A stretch of DNA of 64,000 bases from NCBI GenBank assembly GCA_944321975.1, contig CALUNJ010000002.1, positions 1,680 through 65,679 of the forward strand, in the 5' to 3' direction. The notes beneath the pieces were generated by a model. The model was given only the letters and a program-made list of their open reading frames with translations. It ran no database searches and was not told where the DNA came from. Origin of the DNA: an uncultured Paraprevotella sp. Its GTDB lineage: Bacteria; Bacteroidota; Bacteroidia; Bacteroidales; Bacteroidaceae. Shown in pieces: positions 31,277 through 40,489 of this stretch (positions are counted from its first letter, which is position 1; every line of letters begins with the position of its first letter). Position numbers and translations under genes: made by a program.

Positions 31277-34200
31277 TGGCAAGGAAAGAGACATATGAAA
31301 TGAAGGCACGGTTGGAACAGTTTGGCCGTGAGGCAGTGCATGCGGATTGGTTGAAAGAGAACTGCGCGTGGCTCAACAAGTTCTTCCGGGTCTGGATGGA
31401 AGTGTACCGGGAATGTTATTATCTGCGTGCCTTGGAGAGCCGTCCCAAAAGCGGAAAGGTCAAGGTCGACCTGACGGATGCGAATGCATTCATATACTGT
31501 GAAATTTTGGATCGGTTGGAGAAATGCCTGGAAAAGGAAGCGTTTTTTGATGCAGACGTGGTGGAAGAATTGTGGAACAAACGGTTGCCTTGTCCCGTAG
31601 AGCAGACGGCGGCTTTCAAGAAAGCCGTGTGCGAGGTGCTCGAAAAACGGCAGGCTGCGGCGCTGGCCGCAGGGCGGAAACAGCAGGAGTCGTTACAGGC
31701 GGAATTGGATCGCATGGGAAGCGGTATGGCTTATTACAAACCGGTGGACACGGATCTCCTGTTCGACGCGTGGCGGAGCGAGGCTGCCGGCCACGTGGCG
31801 TGCGCAGGTTTCCCTTGGGAATACGACAGCACGACGGTGGCTTTCAGCGGAGTGCCAACCGAAGTCTTTACGCCCCGCTTCGTCGACTGGCAAAAGAAAG
31901 GGGCACCGCCCCATTTCGTGATTTCAAAAGGCCGGGATGACGTGGCCGTTGCGCGCCGGATTGTGCTGTCGATGTTGTTGTCGCTTCCGGTAGGCAAACT
32001 GAAAGTGACGTTTATAGACCTGGGCTTTTCCGACAAACTCACGGCTTTCCGCGACAGTCTGGACAAGGCTTTCACCAAGAGCCTTGTGCTTACGGCCGAG
32101 TCCTTGTCGGAGTGGACGAGGGAACGGACCCGTTGGTTCTGTGACACGTTTGCCGCATGCGGCGACGTGGTGGACTTCAACCGTGCGCAAGGACGCATCG
32201 TGCACGGTTACGAGGTGTGTGTGGTGAACGGCCTGGGCGGCGACATGGCGGATGTGACCTACTCCGCCGCATTGGCGCGCTTGGTGAACGAGGGATATAA
32301 AGCGGGCATTTATTTCGTGGTGATAGGCGATTTGTTGCGCAAGTGGGACAGCCGCCTGTTCCGTCCCATGAAGGCGGTTGAGGTTTACGCACGCAAGCAA
32401 TGTCCCATACCGCTGTGGTCCGAGTCCGGCTATGCCCGCTTGATGGATAGGATGAACGGCAGTGTTTCGGAACAAGAACAGCAAAACAAAGCGGTAAAGA
32501 AACGGCAATTGGAGACACGGCGGCAAGCGGCCTTTGAGGCCCCGTTCCTTGATGCCACGCAAGATTTCGACATCGAAATCGGTGAGATGTTGGACGGAGT
32601 GGGGCGAGGGCATTTCAAACTTGACGAGGAAACGCATACGCACGCTTTCGTGCTCGGAAAGACGGGATCCGGGAAGTCGGTGTTCCTGCACACCTTGCTG
32701 CATCAGGCCATGCTCAAATATTCCCCCCAGACCCTCCAGTTCTACCTGATGGATTTCAAAATAGGGGGCGTGGAATTGAACCGTTACCGCAACTATCCCC
32801 ACGTGAGGGCTTTGATGGCGGATCAGGGCGACCTGAAAGTGATGCTCGAAATCCTGCGCGACCTTGAAAGGCTGATGGCCGAGCGCGGCCGCGCCTTGCG
32901 CGAGGCGGGATGTACCAAACTGAAAGATTATAACGCCAAGCACTCCGGCAAGCCGATGCCTCGGCTCGTGTTGCTGGTGGACGAATGCCAGGAACTGTTT
33001 AAGGAAGGGCGTTCGGGCATGCAGGGCGAAATAGACCAGATCGTGACGAAGATAGCCAAGCAGGGACGAAGCCAGGGCGTACACATTATTTTTGCCACCC
33101 AGACGCTTTGCGGTTGTGTGGTGCCGCGCGACTTGCCCAGCCAAATCACCGACCCCTACTTGCTGTTGTGCGAAATGGCAGACGCGCAGCGCTTCATTAA
33201 GAATCCCGAACGGGTAATGGAGGCGATGGTGCCGCACAGCCTGGTGCATGTGAATGCGTATGAACAGAAAGCGGAGAAAATATTGCCGGACTGCCTTGAG
33301 GCGGTGATGGACGACTACCAGCATGCCATCGTGGAGAAGAACGGTGGGGCGGACACGGGCTTTGATTCTTTCTATTTTTCCGGGACGCAACAATACAGTT
33401 TGATAGACGACCTGAGGGAGTGCAGCTATCGCCGCCGTCCCGAGTTGACGTTGGGGCGCAGCCTCCAGGTGCGTTCGGAGAATGGGAATTTCAGGCTGTT
33501 GAGCGAGATGTCGCAAAACATATTGGTTTTGGGAGACAACAGGAAGTGCCAAGGGCTGCGCGTGATGCTGGTGGCTTTGCTTGCGCTGATGCATTATGAC
33601 CGTAAGAAGAATACGGGAGCACGCTTCATCCTGTTCCTCAATGGCGACCTTTCGGATTTTCCCGATATGGAAGATTACATTTACGGCCTTGAGGATTGGG
33701 GGCTGGAAATCTATGATAACCAACGCCAGCGTGAGACTGCGTTGGCAGAACTTTATGGAGAGATGCAGCGCGAGGACGAGTGCCCCATCTTTGTGTTCGT
33801 GGCCAACCAGGATTATTATTCCGAATTGAGGATGGATGTGAACCTCAAAGTGGAGGCTCCGAGAAAGGGGGAGGGAGCGGCTTCAGGGCGCGAACTTTAT
33901 GAGGCCAACATGTTTTATAACGGCAATGTGGAATTTGCCAAAGCGGACGCAAGGGGGAAGGCCTCTGTCACTGTGGCCGATGCGTGGAGGGAACTGCTTC
34001 GCAACGGTCCTGTGCGCAACATCTTCACCGTGTGGCAAGTGCAGCGGTTGGCCAATTTTATGTTCAAGCCCGGCGGGGTATTCGCTTCCGATGTGAGCGA
34101 GCTGTTCCTTTACATGGCATGCCTGCCTACAAAGGAGGGCGTGGAAAACAAGTTCGATTTTGAACGAGAGGTGAAGTTGGCAGAACTGCATGGGGAAGAT

Positions 34201-34320
34201 GACAATCTTCAACTCTATTTCTATCACATTGCAGACAGTGAAGGGCGTGTGCTCTCGGCCTATGCCCTGCCAGCCCAAGAAGAATGGGAAGATTTTATGC
34301 CTAAAAAAATGAAAAAATAG
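31276..34320 (+). CDS. FtsK/SpoIIIE-family ATPase (EssC/YukB-like multi-domain)
   Basis: HAFVLGKTGSGKS (Walker A), YLMDFKIGGVE, RLVLLVDECQELF (Walker B), KQGRSQGVHIIFATQ; TAATG overlap with the upstream gene. Confidence 0.9.
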   Translation: MARKETYEMKARLEQFGREAVHADWLKENCAWLNKFFRVWMEVYRECYYLRALESRPKSGKVKVDLTDANAFIYCEILDRLEKCLEKEAFFDADVVEELWNKRLPCPVEQTAAFKKAVCEVLEKRQAAALAAGRKQQESLQAELDRMGSGMAYYKPVDTDLLFDAWRSEAAGHVACAGFPWEYDSTTVAFSGVPTEVFTPRFVDWQKKGAPPHFVISKGRDDVAVARRIVLSMLLSLPVGKLKVTFIDLGFSDKLTAFRDSLDKAFTKSLVLTAESLSEWTRERTRWFCDTFAACGDVVDFNRAQGRIVHGYEVCVVNGLGGDMADVTYSAALARLVNEGYKAGIYFVVIGDLLRKWDSRLFRPMKAVEVYARKQCPIPLWSESGYARLMDRMNGSVSEQEQQNKAVKKRQLETRRQAAFEAPFLDATQDFDIEIGEMLDGVGRGHFKLDEETHTHAFVLGKTGSGKSVFLHTLLHQAMLKYSPQTLQFYLMDFKIGGVELNRYRNYPHVRALMADQGDLKVMLEILRDLERLMAERGRALREAGCTKLKDYNAKHSGKPMPRLVLLVDECQELFKEGRSGMQGEIDQIVTKIAKQGRSQGVHIIFATQTLCGCVVPRDLPSQITDPYLLLCEMADAQRFIKNPERVMEAMVPHSLVHVNAYEQKAEKILPDCLEAVMDDYQHAIVEKNGGADTGFDSFYFSGTQQYSLIDDLRECSYRRRPELTLGRSLQVRSENGNFRLLSEMSQNILVLGDNRKCQGLRVMLVALLALMHYDRKKNTGARFILFLNGDLSDFPDMEDYIYGLEDWGLEIYDNQRQRETALAELYGEMQREDECPIFVFVANQDYYSELRMDVNLKVEAPRKGEGAASGRELYEANMFYNGNVEFAKADARGKASVTVADAWRELLRNGPVRNIFTVWQVQRLANFMFKPGGVFASDVSELFLYMACLPTKEGVENKFDFEREVKLAELHGEDDNLQLYFYHIADSEGRVLSAYALPAQEEWEDFMPKKMKK

Positions 34321-34325
34321 AAGAT

Positions 34326-34604
34326 ATGTCTGACGTAATAGTACATTCGCAGGAAGAGCTTCTGCATTTTGCCCAGGGGTTGTCCAACCTGAGTGAAAGG
34401 TTGGTGGCAAGTTTTGAACAGGCCAATGCCGAGATGAATCGAGTGAACGAGGGCTGGCACGACGACCAAAACTTGCGCTTTATGAACGAATTCCGGCACG
34501 CCACTGCGGCCATCCACAACATTTCCGACATGATGCAGGCTTATAGCGCCTATATCCGTCGCTATGCGGCCGCATTGGAGGCAGCTAAAAATATCAGGAT
34601 ATGA
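34326..34604 (+). CDS. WXG100/Esx-like small helical protein (W-x-D variant)
   Basis: 92 aa, two amphipathic helices around a central EGWHDDQ, N-terminal EEL..FA..L. Confidence 0.7.
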   Translation: MSDVIVHSQEELLHFAQGLSNLSERLVASFEQANAEMNRVNEGWHDDQNLRFMNEFRHATAAIHNISDMMQAYSAYIRRYAAALEAAKNIRI

Positions 34605-35113
34605 CAGCCGACTTCCATGTGCGCGACATCCAGGCTTTGGGGAGCTATGTAGATAGGGCGATGGCGTGGGTGTCGGATGTGCGGGGCGCGGTTGCCGTGG
34701 CCATGCAGCGTCTCGGCCTTATCCTTCAGAATGGACGTATGGCGGTACACAAGATAGAGTGCGACGTGGCTGAAATCGAGGGAGAACTGGAGGACATCGA
34801 GAGCGAACTTGCCTCGTTGAACTATGAAATGGACTGTTTGTATGACGGCACCGACGGGCAGCGGCGAGCCTCGCTGCAATGTGAAATCAACCGGGTACGG
34901 GCGCAGCGCAGAGAAGTGCAGGCCAAACTTGTTGAGCGCAAAAGCGATTTGAGGCGGGCGCAAGGATGCCTCACGGAGATGGAAGCATGTTGTGAAAAAG
35001 GGATGGCACTGTTGGCCGACTTGCAGTCTGGCACGGAGAATGCCGTAGACTCGTCTGTGGCTTTTGTGCGTCGTTACATGCTTTTCCTTCAGGACGCCAG
35101 CCGGGTGAGATAG
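34601..35113 (+). CDS. Coiled-coil hypothetical protein (possible Esx partner/substrate)
   Basis: 170 aa heptad-rich sequence; ATGA overlap with the upstream gene. Confidence 0.7.
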   Translation: MTADFHVRDIQALGSYVDRAMAWVSDVRGAVAVAMQRLGLILQNGRMAVHKIECDVAEIEGELEDIESELASLNYEMDCLYDGTDGQRRASLQCEINRVRAQRREVQAKLVERKSDLRRAQGCLTEMEACCEKGMALLADLQSGTENAVDSSVAFVRRYMLFLQDASRVR

Positions 35114-35142
35114 GAAACAGGGAACAGGAAAACGGAAGATTT

Positions 35143-35367
35143 ATGATGTCGGAACAAATAGACATGGCCGCGTTCAGGAGCCTGGAGGGGAAACTCCGGA
35201 AAGCGGCACATGGTTTGAATGCAGTGTGGAACGACCGTCAATATGATTACTTCGAGCAGGCATACGTGGGTGAAGCGGAAAGTTTTGTCCGCAATAAGGT
35301 GGATGAACTGGACGAAGTGAATGACATGTTGTATGCGTGCCAGAGTGAGTTGGGCGGCTTGGTGTGA
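35143..35367 (+). CDS. Second short WXG100-like protein (W-x-D)
   Basis: 74 aa helical, LNAVWNDRQYDYFEQ; co-oriented, last gene of the operon. Confidence 0.6.
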   Translation: MMSEQIDMAAFRSLEGKLRKAAHGLNAVWNDRQYDYFEQAYVGEAESFVRNKVDELDEVNDMLYACQSELGGLV

Positions 35368-35527
35368 CCCCGTGAATGTATAAAAGACGTATTTTATTGA
35401 TAATAAAACAATAAAATATTTGTGTGGATGAATTTTATTTCTATCTTTGTATTTGCGATTCCTATGATGTGAGAGGTGGGAAGGAGGCAAGCTAAACCAT
35501 TGTATAATTTGAAAAGATGAAGAAATC

Positions 35528-36154
35528 ATGTTGACGCAAAGAATCATCACTTCTATGGCAGCCGTGTTCTCGCTGCCCCGGTTGCCTTACGAGGCCAATG
35601 CCTTGGAGCCTGTCATGAGCAAGGAAACCATAGATTACCATTATGGGAAACATCTACAAGCCTATGTGAACACTTTGAATGCCCTGGTAAAAGGCAGCGC
35701 CGGGTTTGAAAAGATGAACCTGGAGGAGGTCGTACGCCATGCGCCTGGCGGCCCATTGTTTAACAATGCCGGCCAAGTGCTCAACCATACACTGTTTTTT
35801 GAACAGTTCCGCCCGGTGGGGGCTGAAGGCACGGGGAAGCCCCGTGCTCGCCTGGAAGAGGCGATGCGGGATTCTTTTGGCAGTTTTGAGCAATTCAAGG
35901 AGCAGATGGCCGCAGCCTCCACCGGTTTATTTGGTTCGGGATGGGCGTGGCTGGCGCAAGACGGGCAAGGGGAACTGAAGATCGTGCAATGCCCGAACGC
36001 AGGAAATCCCGTGACGGAGGGCATGGTGCCCTTGTTGGGGTTTGATGTGTGGGAACATGCTTATTATGTGGACTATCGGAACCGTCGCGCCGACTACATC
36101 ACGGCCTTGTGGCAGATTGTGGACTGGGACGTGGTGGCGGCGCGGATGAAATAG
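35528..36154 (+). CDS. sod: Fe/Mn superoxide dismutase
   Basis: HYGKH, NNAGQ.LNH, FGSGWAWL, DVWEHAYY; alternative start 35555; TATCTTTG at 35442. Confidence 0.96.
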   Translation: MLTQRIITSMAAVFSLPRLPYEANALEPVMSKETIDYHYGKHLQAYVNTLNALVKGSAGFEKMNLEEVVRHAPGGPLFNNAGQVLNHTLFFEQFRPVGAEGTGKPRARLEEAMRDSFGSFEQFKEQMAAASTGLFGSGWAWLAQDGQGELKIVQCPNAGNPVTEGMVPLLGFDVWEHAYYVDYRNRRADYITALWQIVDWDVVAARMK

Positions 36155-36429
36155 GGAAAGAAATGCTTCATCGTTATGAGAAGTGTTTATTGATAGTTAA
36201 GGTTTTTTGTAGGGCGGATGTTCCAGTGATGAAGTGTCCGCCCGTTTGATATGGGGCGGTGAAAGGATGTGCCGGTGCCGCGGCGGTAGAAGTTTTGTGG
36301 GGAACTTTTGCCCCGTCGGATCCCATGCGGCCTTGCCACTTCCCCTTTCCGTAAGCTCCCTTTCCAAGTCCATTTTGTTATATTTTGAAACAAGATCTTA
36401 TTTTGTTCATAACCAGAAAGATAAGTCAT

Positions 36430-36525
36430 GCCTTGAAAAGCGTGGGTTTTTCTCGGGCGATTCACATTTTTTTTGCTTGAGAAAAAAATGTGAATCTCAA
36501 GAGGGAAATTTGCGTCCCTCTTGAG
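36430..36525. repeat. 22-bp-period box element, copy 3 (inverted relative to copy 2)
   Basis: Boxes at 36430, 36452, 36474, 36496, 36518; reverse complement aligns closely with 26168-26263. Confidence 0.85.
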
Positions 36526-36598
36526 GGCGGTTTTGTATGATACCGCCAATACTGTTTCAGCTTTGGGAAAATGGCGGGGTCGGAATCCTGCGGCAATT

Positions 36599-38563
36599 TC
36601 ATTGGGCCGGGGGCGTATGTACATAGTCATACAGCCGCCGGTAGAATGCCGTGCGGCAGAGGGTGTGGCTGTCACCTACCAGGATGAGTTTCATCCGTGC
36701 CCGTGTGATGGCCACGTTCATGCGGCGCAGGTCGTGGAGGAAGCCGATTTGCCCTTCGGCGTTGCTGCGGACCATGCTGATCAGGATGATGTCGCGTTCC
36801 TGTCCTTGGAACCCGTCCACGGTGTTTACGCTGAGCAGGTGGCGGTAGGGCTTGAAGAACTCGTCGCGGCGCAGCAGGACGCGCAGCAGCCTCACTTGCC
36901 CTTTGTAGGGCGAAATGATGCCGGTGTCGATTCTTTCTTCCAGTATGCGTCCCTTCCCGATTTTCTGGAAATAGTGTTTCAGGATGTCCAGGGTGAGCCG
37001 GGCTTCTGTGGGGTTGGCGCGGCTGGTGCTGTCCGGGCTTTGCGTTTCGCCGGAATCATGGTCGGGGACACGTCCCTCACGTTCTTCTTCAGGAGGCAGG
37101 AAATGGGCGGTTTGGGTCGGGTCTGCCGTGTCGATCCATTCCATGGGGCTTTCCCAATCCAGTATGCCGCGGTATTTCACTTCCGGGGCGCTTTCCACCT
37201 TGCCCCCGTAGAAGCATTCGCTGGAGAAGCGCATGATTTGTTCGTTCATGCGGTACTGGGTGCGGAGCAGGCAGACGGCAGCCGGCTGGCGGCTGGCGAC
37301 GGATTCCATCAGGGTCTGTCCCAGCCCGCCTTTGAGCGCTTCGGGGCATTTCACGGTGGGCGGCAGCTGCCGGTGGTCGCCGGCCAGGATGACCCGGCCC
37401 GCCTTCTGGATGGCGATCCAGCAGGCGGCCTCGAGGGCTTGGGCGGCTTCGTCGATGAAAAGGGTGGTGAACTTTTTCCCCATGAGCACGCGATGGGCGC
37501 TTCCGGCGAGGGTGCAGGCGATCACGCGGGCGTCATTGAAGAGGTTCTCGTTGATGCTGATTTCCAGTTCGGTGGCCCGGTCGCGAAGCCGGGCTATCTT
37601 TTGGTGGAAGGCTTCTCGTCCCGTGGCCGGGCGGTGGGCGTAGAGTTCACGTATGGTTTTCCGGATGGCCCAGAGTTGCGGATAAGAAGGGTGTGCTTCG
37701 AAGCGCCGCTCATAGGTGAAGGACAGCATCTTGTCGTTGACGCGCGATGGGTTGCCGACGCGCAGTACGGACACGCCGCGGTCGGTGAGCTTTTCTGCGA
37801 TCCAGTCCACGGCCATGTTGCTTTGGGCGCACACGAGCACTTGGCTTTCGCGGTGGAGGGTTTCGTGGATGGCTTCCACGAGGGTCGTGGTCTTTCCGGT
37901 GCCCGGGGGGCCGTGTACGACCATCACGTCTTTTGCGCGCAACACTTCGTTGACGGCTGTTTCCTGTGTGGGGTTCAGCCAGGGGAAGCGCATGGGCGGG
38001 AGGTGCAGTTTCCCGGCCATGGCTGTGCCGTGGAAAATTTCCCGCAGTTCCGCCAGCCTGCCGTGTTTGGCTGCGGCGGCCTTTTCCAAGGCCTCGAACA
38101 TCAGCCGGTAGGTTGTTTCATCCAAGGCCAGTTGCACGCCGGCGCGTTCGCTTTCGCGCAAGAGGGCCAAGGCTTCGGCCCCGGGCAGTGCGGCCACCAT
38201 CAGGTTGCCGTCCACGAAACTCACGGTGGCCGTGAAGTGGAAATAGTGCAACCGCCCTCCCTGCGTGCCGTTTCTGCGCAGTTCTCCTGAAGCGTCCTGG
38301 GTGAAGAAGCACACTTGCTTGCCCGGTTCGAAGCCGTGCTCCTCATCGGTGTATTCCGTGCGTTCGGCCTCGACGACCAACTGGTTGAGCGAGTTGTAGT
38401 AGCTCTTTCCGAACCGGACCGGATACCAGCACAAGCCTTGTTTTACTTTCCGGGCCACTCCGGCGGCTTCGGTCTGTTGCCGGAACTGGGCTTTTTCATA
38501 TTCGTATTCCAGTTTCAGCAACTGGCGTTGACGTTGCAGCCATGATAAGGAAGAGGCAGGCAT
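36599..38563 (-). CDS. Superfamily 1 (Upf1/IGHMBP2-like) helicase
   Basis: GPPGTGKTT, IDEAAQ, GDHRQLPPT, QYRM, TVDGFQGQE, RRMNVAITRAR. Confidence 0.93.
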   Translation of the reverse strand: MPASSLSWLQRQRQLLKLEYEYEKAQFRQQTEAAGVARKVKQGLCWYPVRFGKSYYNSLNQLVVEAERTEYTDEEHGFEPGKQVCFFTQDASGELRRNGTQGGRLHYFHFTATVSFVDGNLMVAALPGAEALALLRESERAGVQLALDETTYRLMFEALEKAAAAKHGRLAELREIFHGTAMAGKLHLPPMRFPWLNPTQETAVNEVLRAKDVMVVHGPPGTGKTTTLVEAIHETLHRESQVLVCAQSNMAVDWIAEKLTDRGVSVLRVGNPSRVNDKMLSFTYERRFEAHPSYPQLWAIRKTIRELYAHRPATGREAFHQKIARLRDRATELEISINENLFNDARVIACTLAGSAHRVLMGKKFTTLFIDEAAQALEAACWIAIQKAGRVILAGDHRQLPPTVKCPEALKGGLGQTLMESVASRQPAAVCLLRTQYRMNEQIMRFSSECFYGGKVESAPEVKYRGILDWESPMEWIDTADPTQTAHFLPPEEEREGRVPDHDSGETQSPDSTSRANPTEARLTLDILKHYFQKIGKGRILEERIDTGIISPYKGQVRLLRVLLRRDEFFKPYRHLLSVNTVDGFQGQERDIILISMVRSNAEGQIGFLHDLRRMNVAITRARMKLILVGDSHTLCRTAFYRRLYDYVHTPPAQ

Positions 38564-38569
38564 GGCGGA

Positions 38570-39508
38570 TCAGTTTTTTCCGGTGGTTTGCTGTGCTTCT
38601 GCTTTCATGTCGGCCCGGCTTTTGCTTTGTGTCACGAGCCATACGCCTCCGAATACCAGGACCACGGCCAGTCCCTGGCTCCATCCGAACACGCCCAGTC
38701 CGGCGGCCACGCTGACGATGCAGGCCACGATGGGTTGCACGTAGTTGTACATGCTCACGATGGTGGGGCGCAGCAGTTTTTGTCCCGTCATCATCATGAT
38801 GTAGGCCAGATAGGTGGCCACGAACACGATGAAACCTGTTTCCAACCATGTGGAGACGGGGATTTCCGCCCAAGGCAGCACGGCCAGTTCGTTGTAGGTG
38901 AACGGCAGAATGACGATGGAAGCATACGTGAACATCCATTTCATGCAAGTGACGACCGTGTACTTCTGGATCAGCTTCTTGAAGATGGTCAGGTAGACGG
39001 CGAAACTGCATTGTGCCGTGAGGCACAGCAGGTCGCCCGCGAGGTGGCCGCCGCCTTTCTGTGCGGCCTGCCCGTTGCCCATGATGAGCAGCAAGGCTCC
39101 CACGGCTCCGCAGAAGATTCCGATGACCTTCTTGTTGGTCACCGGCTCTTTGAGGAACAAGGCAGCCAACACCATGGTGACAATGGGGAGCGTGGTGGTG
39201 ACGATGCTGGCGTTGACGGGCGACGTGATGGACAGCCCGATGGTGAAGCAGCATTGGTTGAACACGATGGCCAGCATGCCGGCGAAGAAGAAAAGGAGAA
39301 GGTCGTGCGGGGGGACGTTCTCCTGTTTGCGGCCCAACAAAGAGGTGAGCCAGAAGCAAGCGGCCGCGCCCACGACCCGGAAGCTCACCAAGTCCAATCC
39401 ACTGATGCCGTGAAGCATGGCATCTTTGCCCAACGGGGCCATCAGGCCCCAAGCCGCACAGGCTCCGAACATGCAGAGGTGGCCCGTAAGATTCTTGTCT
39501 TTATACAT
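38570..39508 (-). CDS. DMT/EamA family transporter
   Basis: Ten hydrophobic segments, FLKEP, YNYVQP. Confidence 0.9.
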   Translation of the reverse strand: MYKDKNLTGHLCMFGACAAWGLMAPLGKDAMLHGISGLDLVSFRVVGAAACFWLTSLLGRKQENVPPHDLLLFFFAGMLAIVFNQCCFTIGLSITSPVNASIVTTTLPIVTMVLAALFLKEPVTNKKVIGIFCGAVGALLLIMGNGQAAQKGGGHLAGDLLCLTAQCSFAVYLTIFKKLIQKYTVVTCMKWMFTYASIVILPFTYNELAVLPWAEIPVSTWLETGFIVFVATYLAYIMMMTGQKLLRPTIVSMYNYVQPIVACIVSVAAGLGVFGWSQGLAVVLVFGGVWLVTQSKSRADMKAEAQQTTGKN

Positions 39509-39648
39509 TTTCTTGTGATAGTTGCCTTGTGCTTGAAAATTGCGGCAAAGTTACGTTTTTTATCACAATTTTTAGCATCATTCCGTTGCTTCTTTCTGTG
39601 GGAAAGGTTATCTTTGTCTGAAGAGACGAGGAAAAGGAGGTGCAGGTC

Positions 39649-40467
39649 ATGGGAAAGGTCGGCGAATATATTCAGCGCATAGAGATAGACTCGCTTTGGA
39701 GCGGGCAGAAGCACATCGTGTGGGATTTGCACCGCAAGGTGAATATCCTGAGCGGGGTGAACGGAGTGGGGAAAAGCACGATCCTGAACAAGGTGGTCCT
39801 GAAATTGCTTGAGGCCATGAAGGAAAACACGCCTGTCAGGCCGGAAGTGGAACTTACTTATTATCCGGAGGATGCCACGACGGTGCGGTTCGACGTGATA
39901 CGCAGCTTCGACCGCCCGCTGGTGCAGGGCGATTTGTTGGAGAAACTGGCCGATGCCAGGGTGGCCACGGAGCTGGATTGGCAACTTTACCAGCTGCAGA
40001 GACGTTTCCTGGACTATCAGGTGAACGTGGGCAACCGCATGATCGCCATGCTGACGAGCGGTGCTCCGGATGCCCGGGAAAAGGCCCAGCAGGCCGCACA
40101 GGCTCGCCTCCAGTTCCAGGACATCGTGGACGAACTGTTCTGTGAGACGGGGAAAAAGATAGTCCGCACCAGCAATGAAATCCAATTGGAGCAATTCGGG
40201 GAGGTGTTGTCGCCCTATAAACTGTCTTCGGGCGAGAAGCAGATGCTGGTCATCTTGCTCACGGTGCTGGTGGAGGACAGGTTGCCGTATGTGCTCTTCA
40301 TGGACGAACCGGAAGTGAGCCTGCACATCGAGTGGCAGCAGAAGTTGATCAGCCTGATCCGCCAGTTGAACCCGAACGTGCAGATCATCCTGACCACGCA
40401 TTCGCCTGCCGTAATCATGAACGGATGGATGGATGCCGTGACGGAAGTGACCGACATTACTCTGTGA
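39649..40467 (+). CDS. ABC-type ATPase (AAA_21/AAA_15-like)
   Basis: GVNGVGKST, LSSGEKQ, FMDEPEVSLH, TTHSP; alternative GTG start 39640. Confidence 0.9.
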   Translation: MGKVGEYIQRIEIDSLWSGQKHIVWDLHRKVNILSGVNGVGKSTILNKVVLKLLEAMKENTPVRPEVELTYYPEDATTVRFDVIRSFDRPLVQGDLLEKLADARVATELDWQLYQLQRRFLDYQVNVGNRMIAMLTSGAPDAREKAQQAAQARLQFQDIVDELFCETGKKIVRTSNEIQLEQFGEVLSPYKLSSGEKQMLVILLTVLVEDRLPYVLFMDEPEVSLHIEWQQKLISLIRQLNPNVQIILTTHSPAVIMNGWMDAVTEVTDITL

Positions 40468-40489
40468 GCGGAGGAAAGGAGGACGGGCT

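Noticed and set aside
31276-34320. Chromosome-segregation FtsK or ICE coupling protein
   Set aside because: No N-terminal TM domain or gamma domain seen; no relaxase, integrase or tra genes nearby
28803-35440. Mobile element boundaries (att sites or target duplications) around the Esx-like operon
   Set aside because: No convincing direct repeats, tRNA or recombinase found by eye
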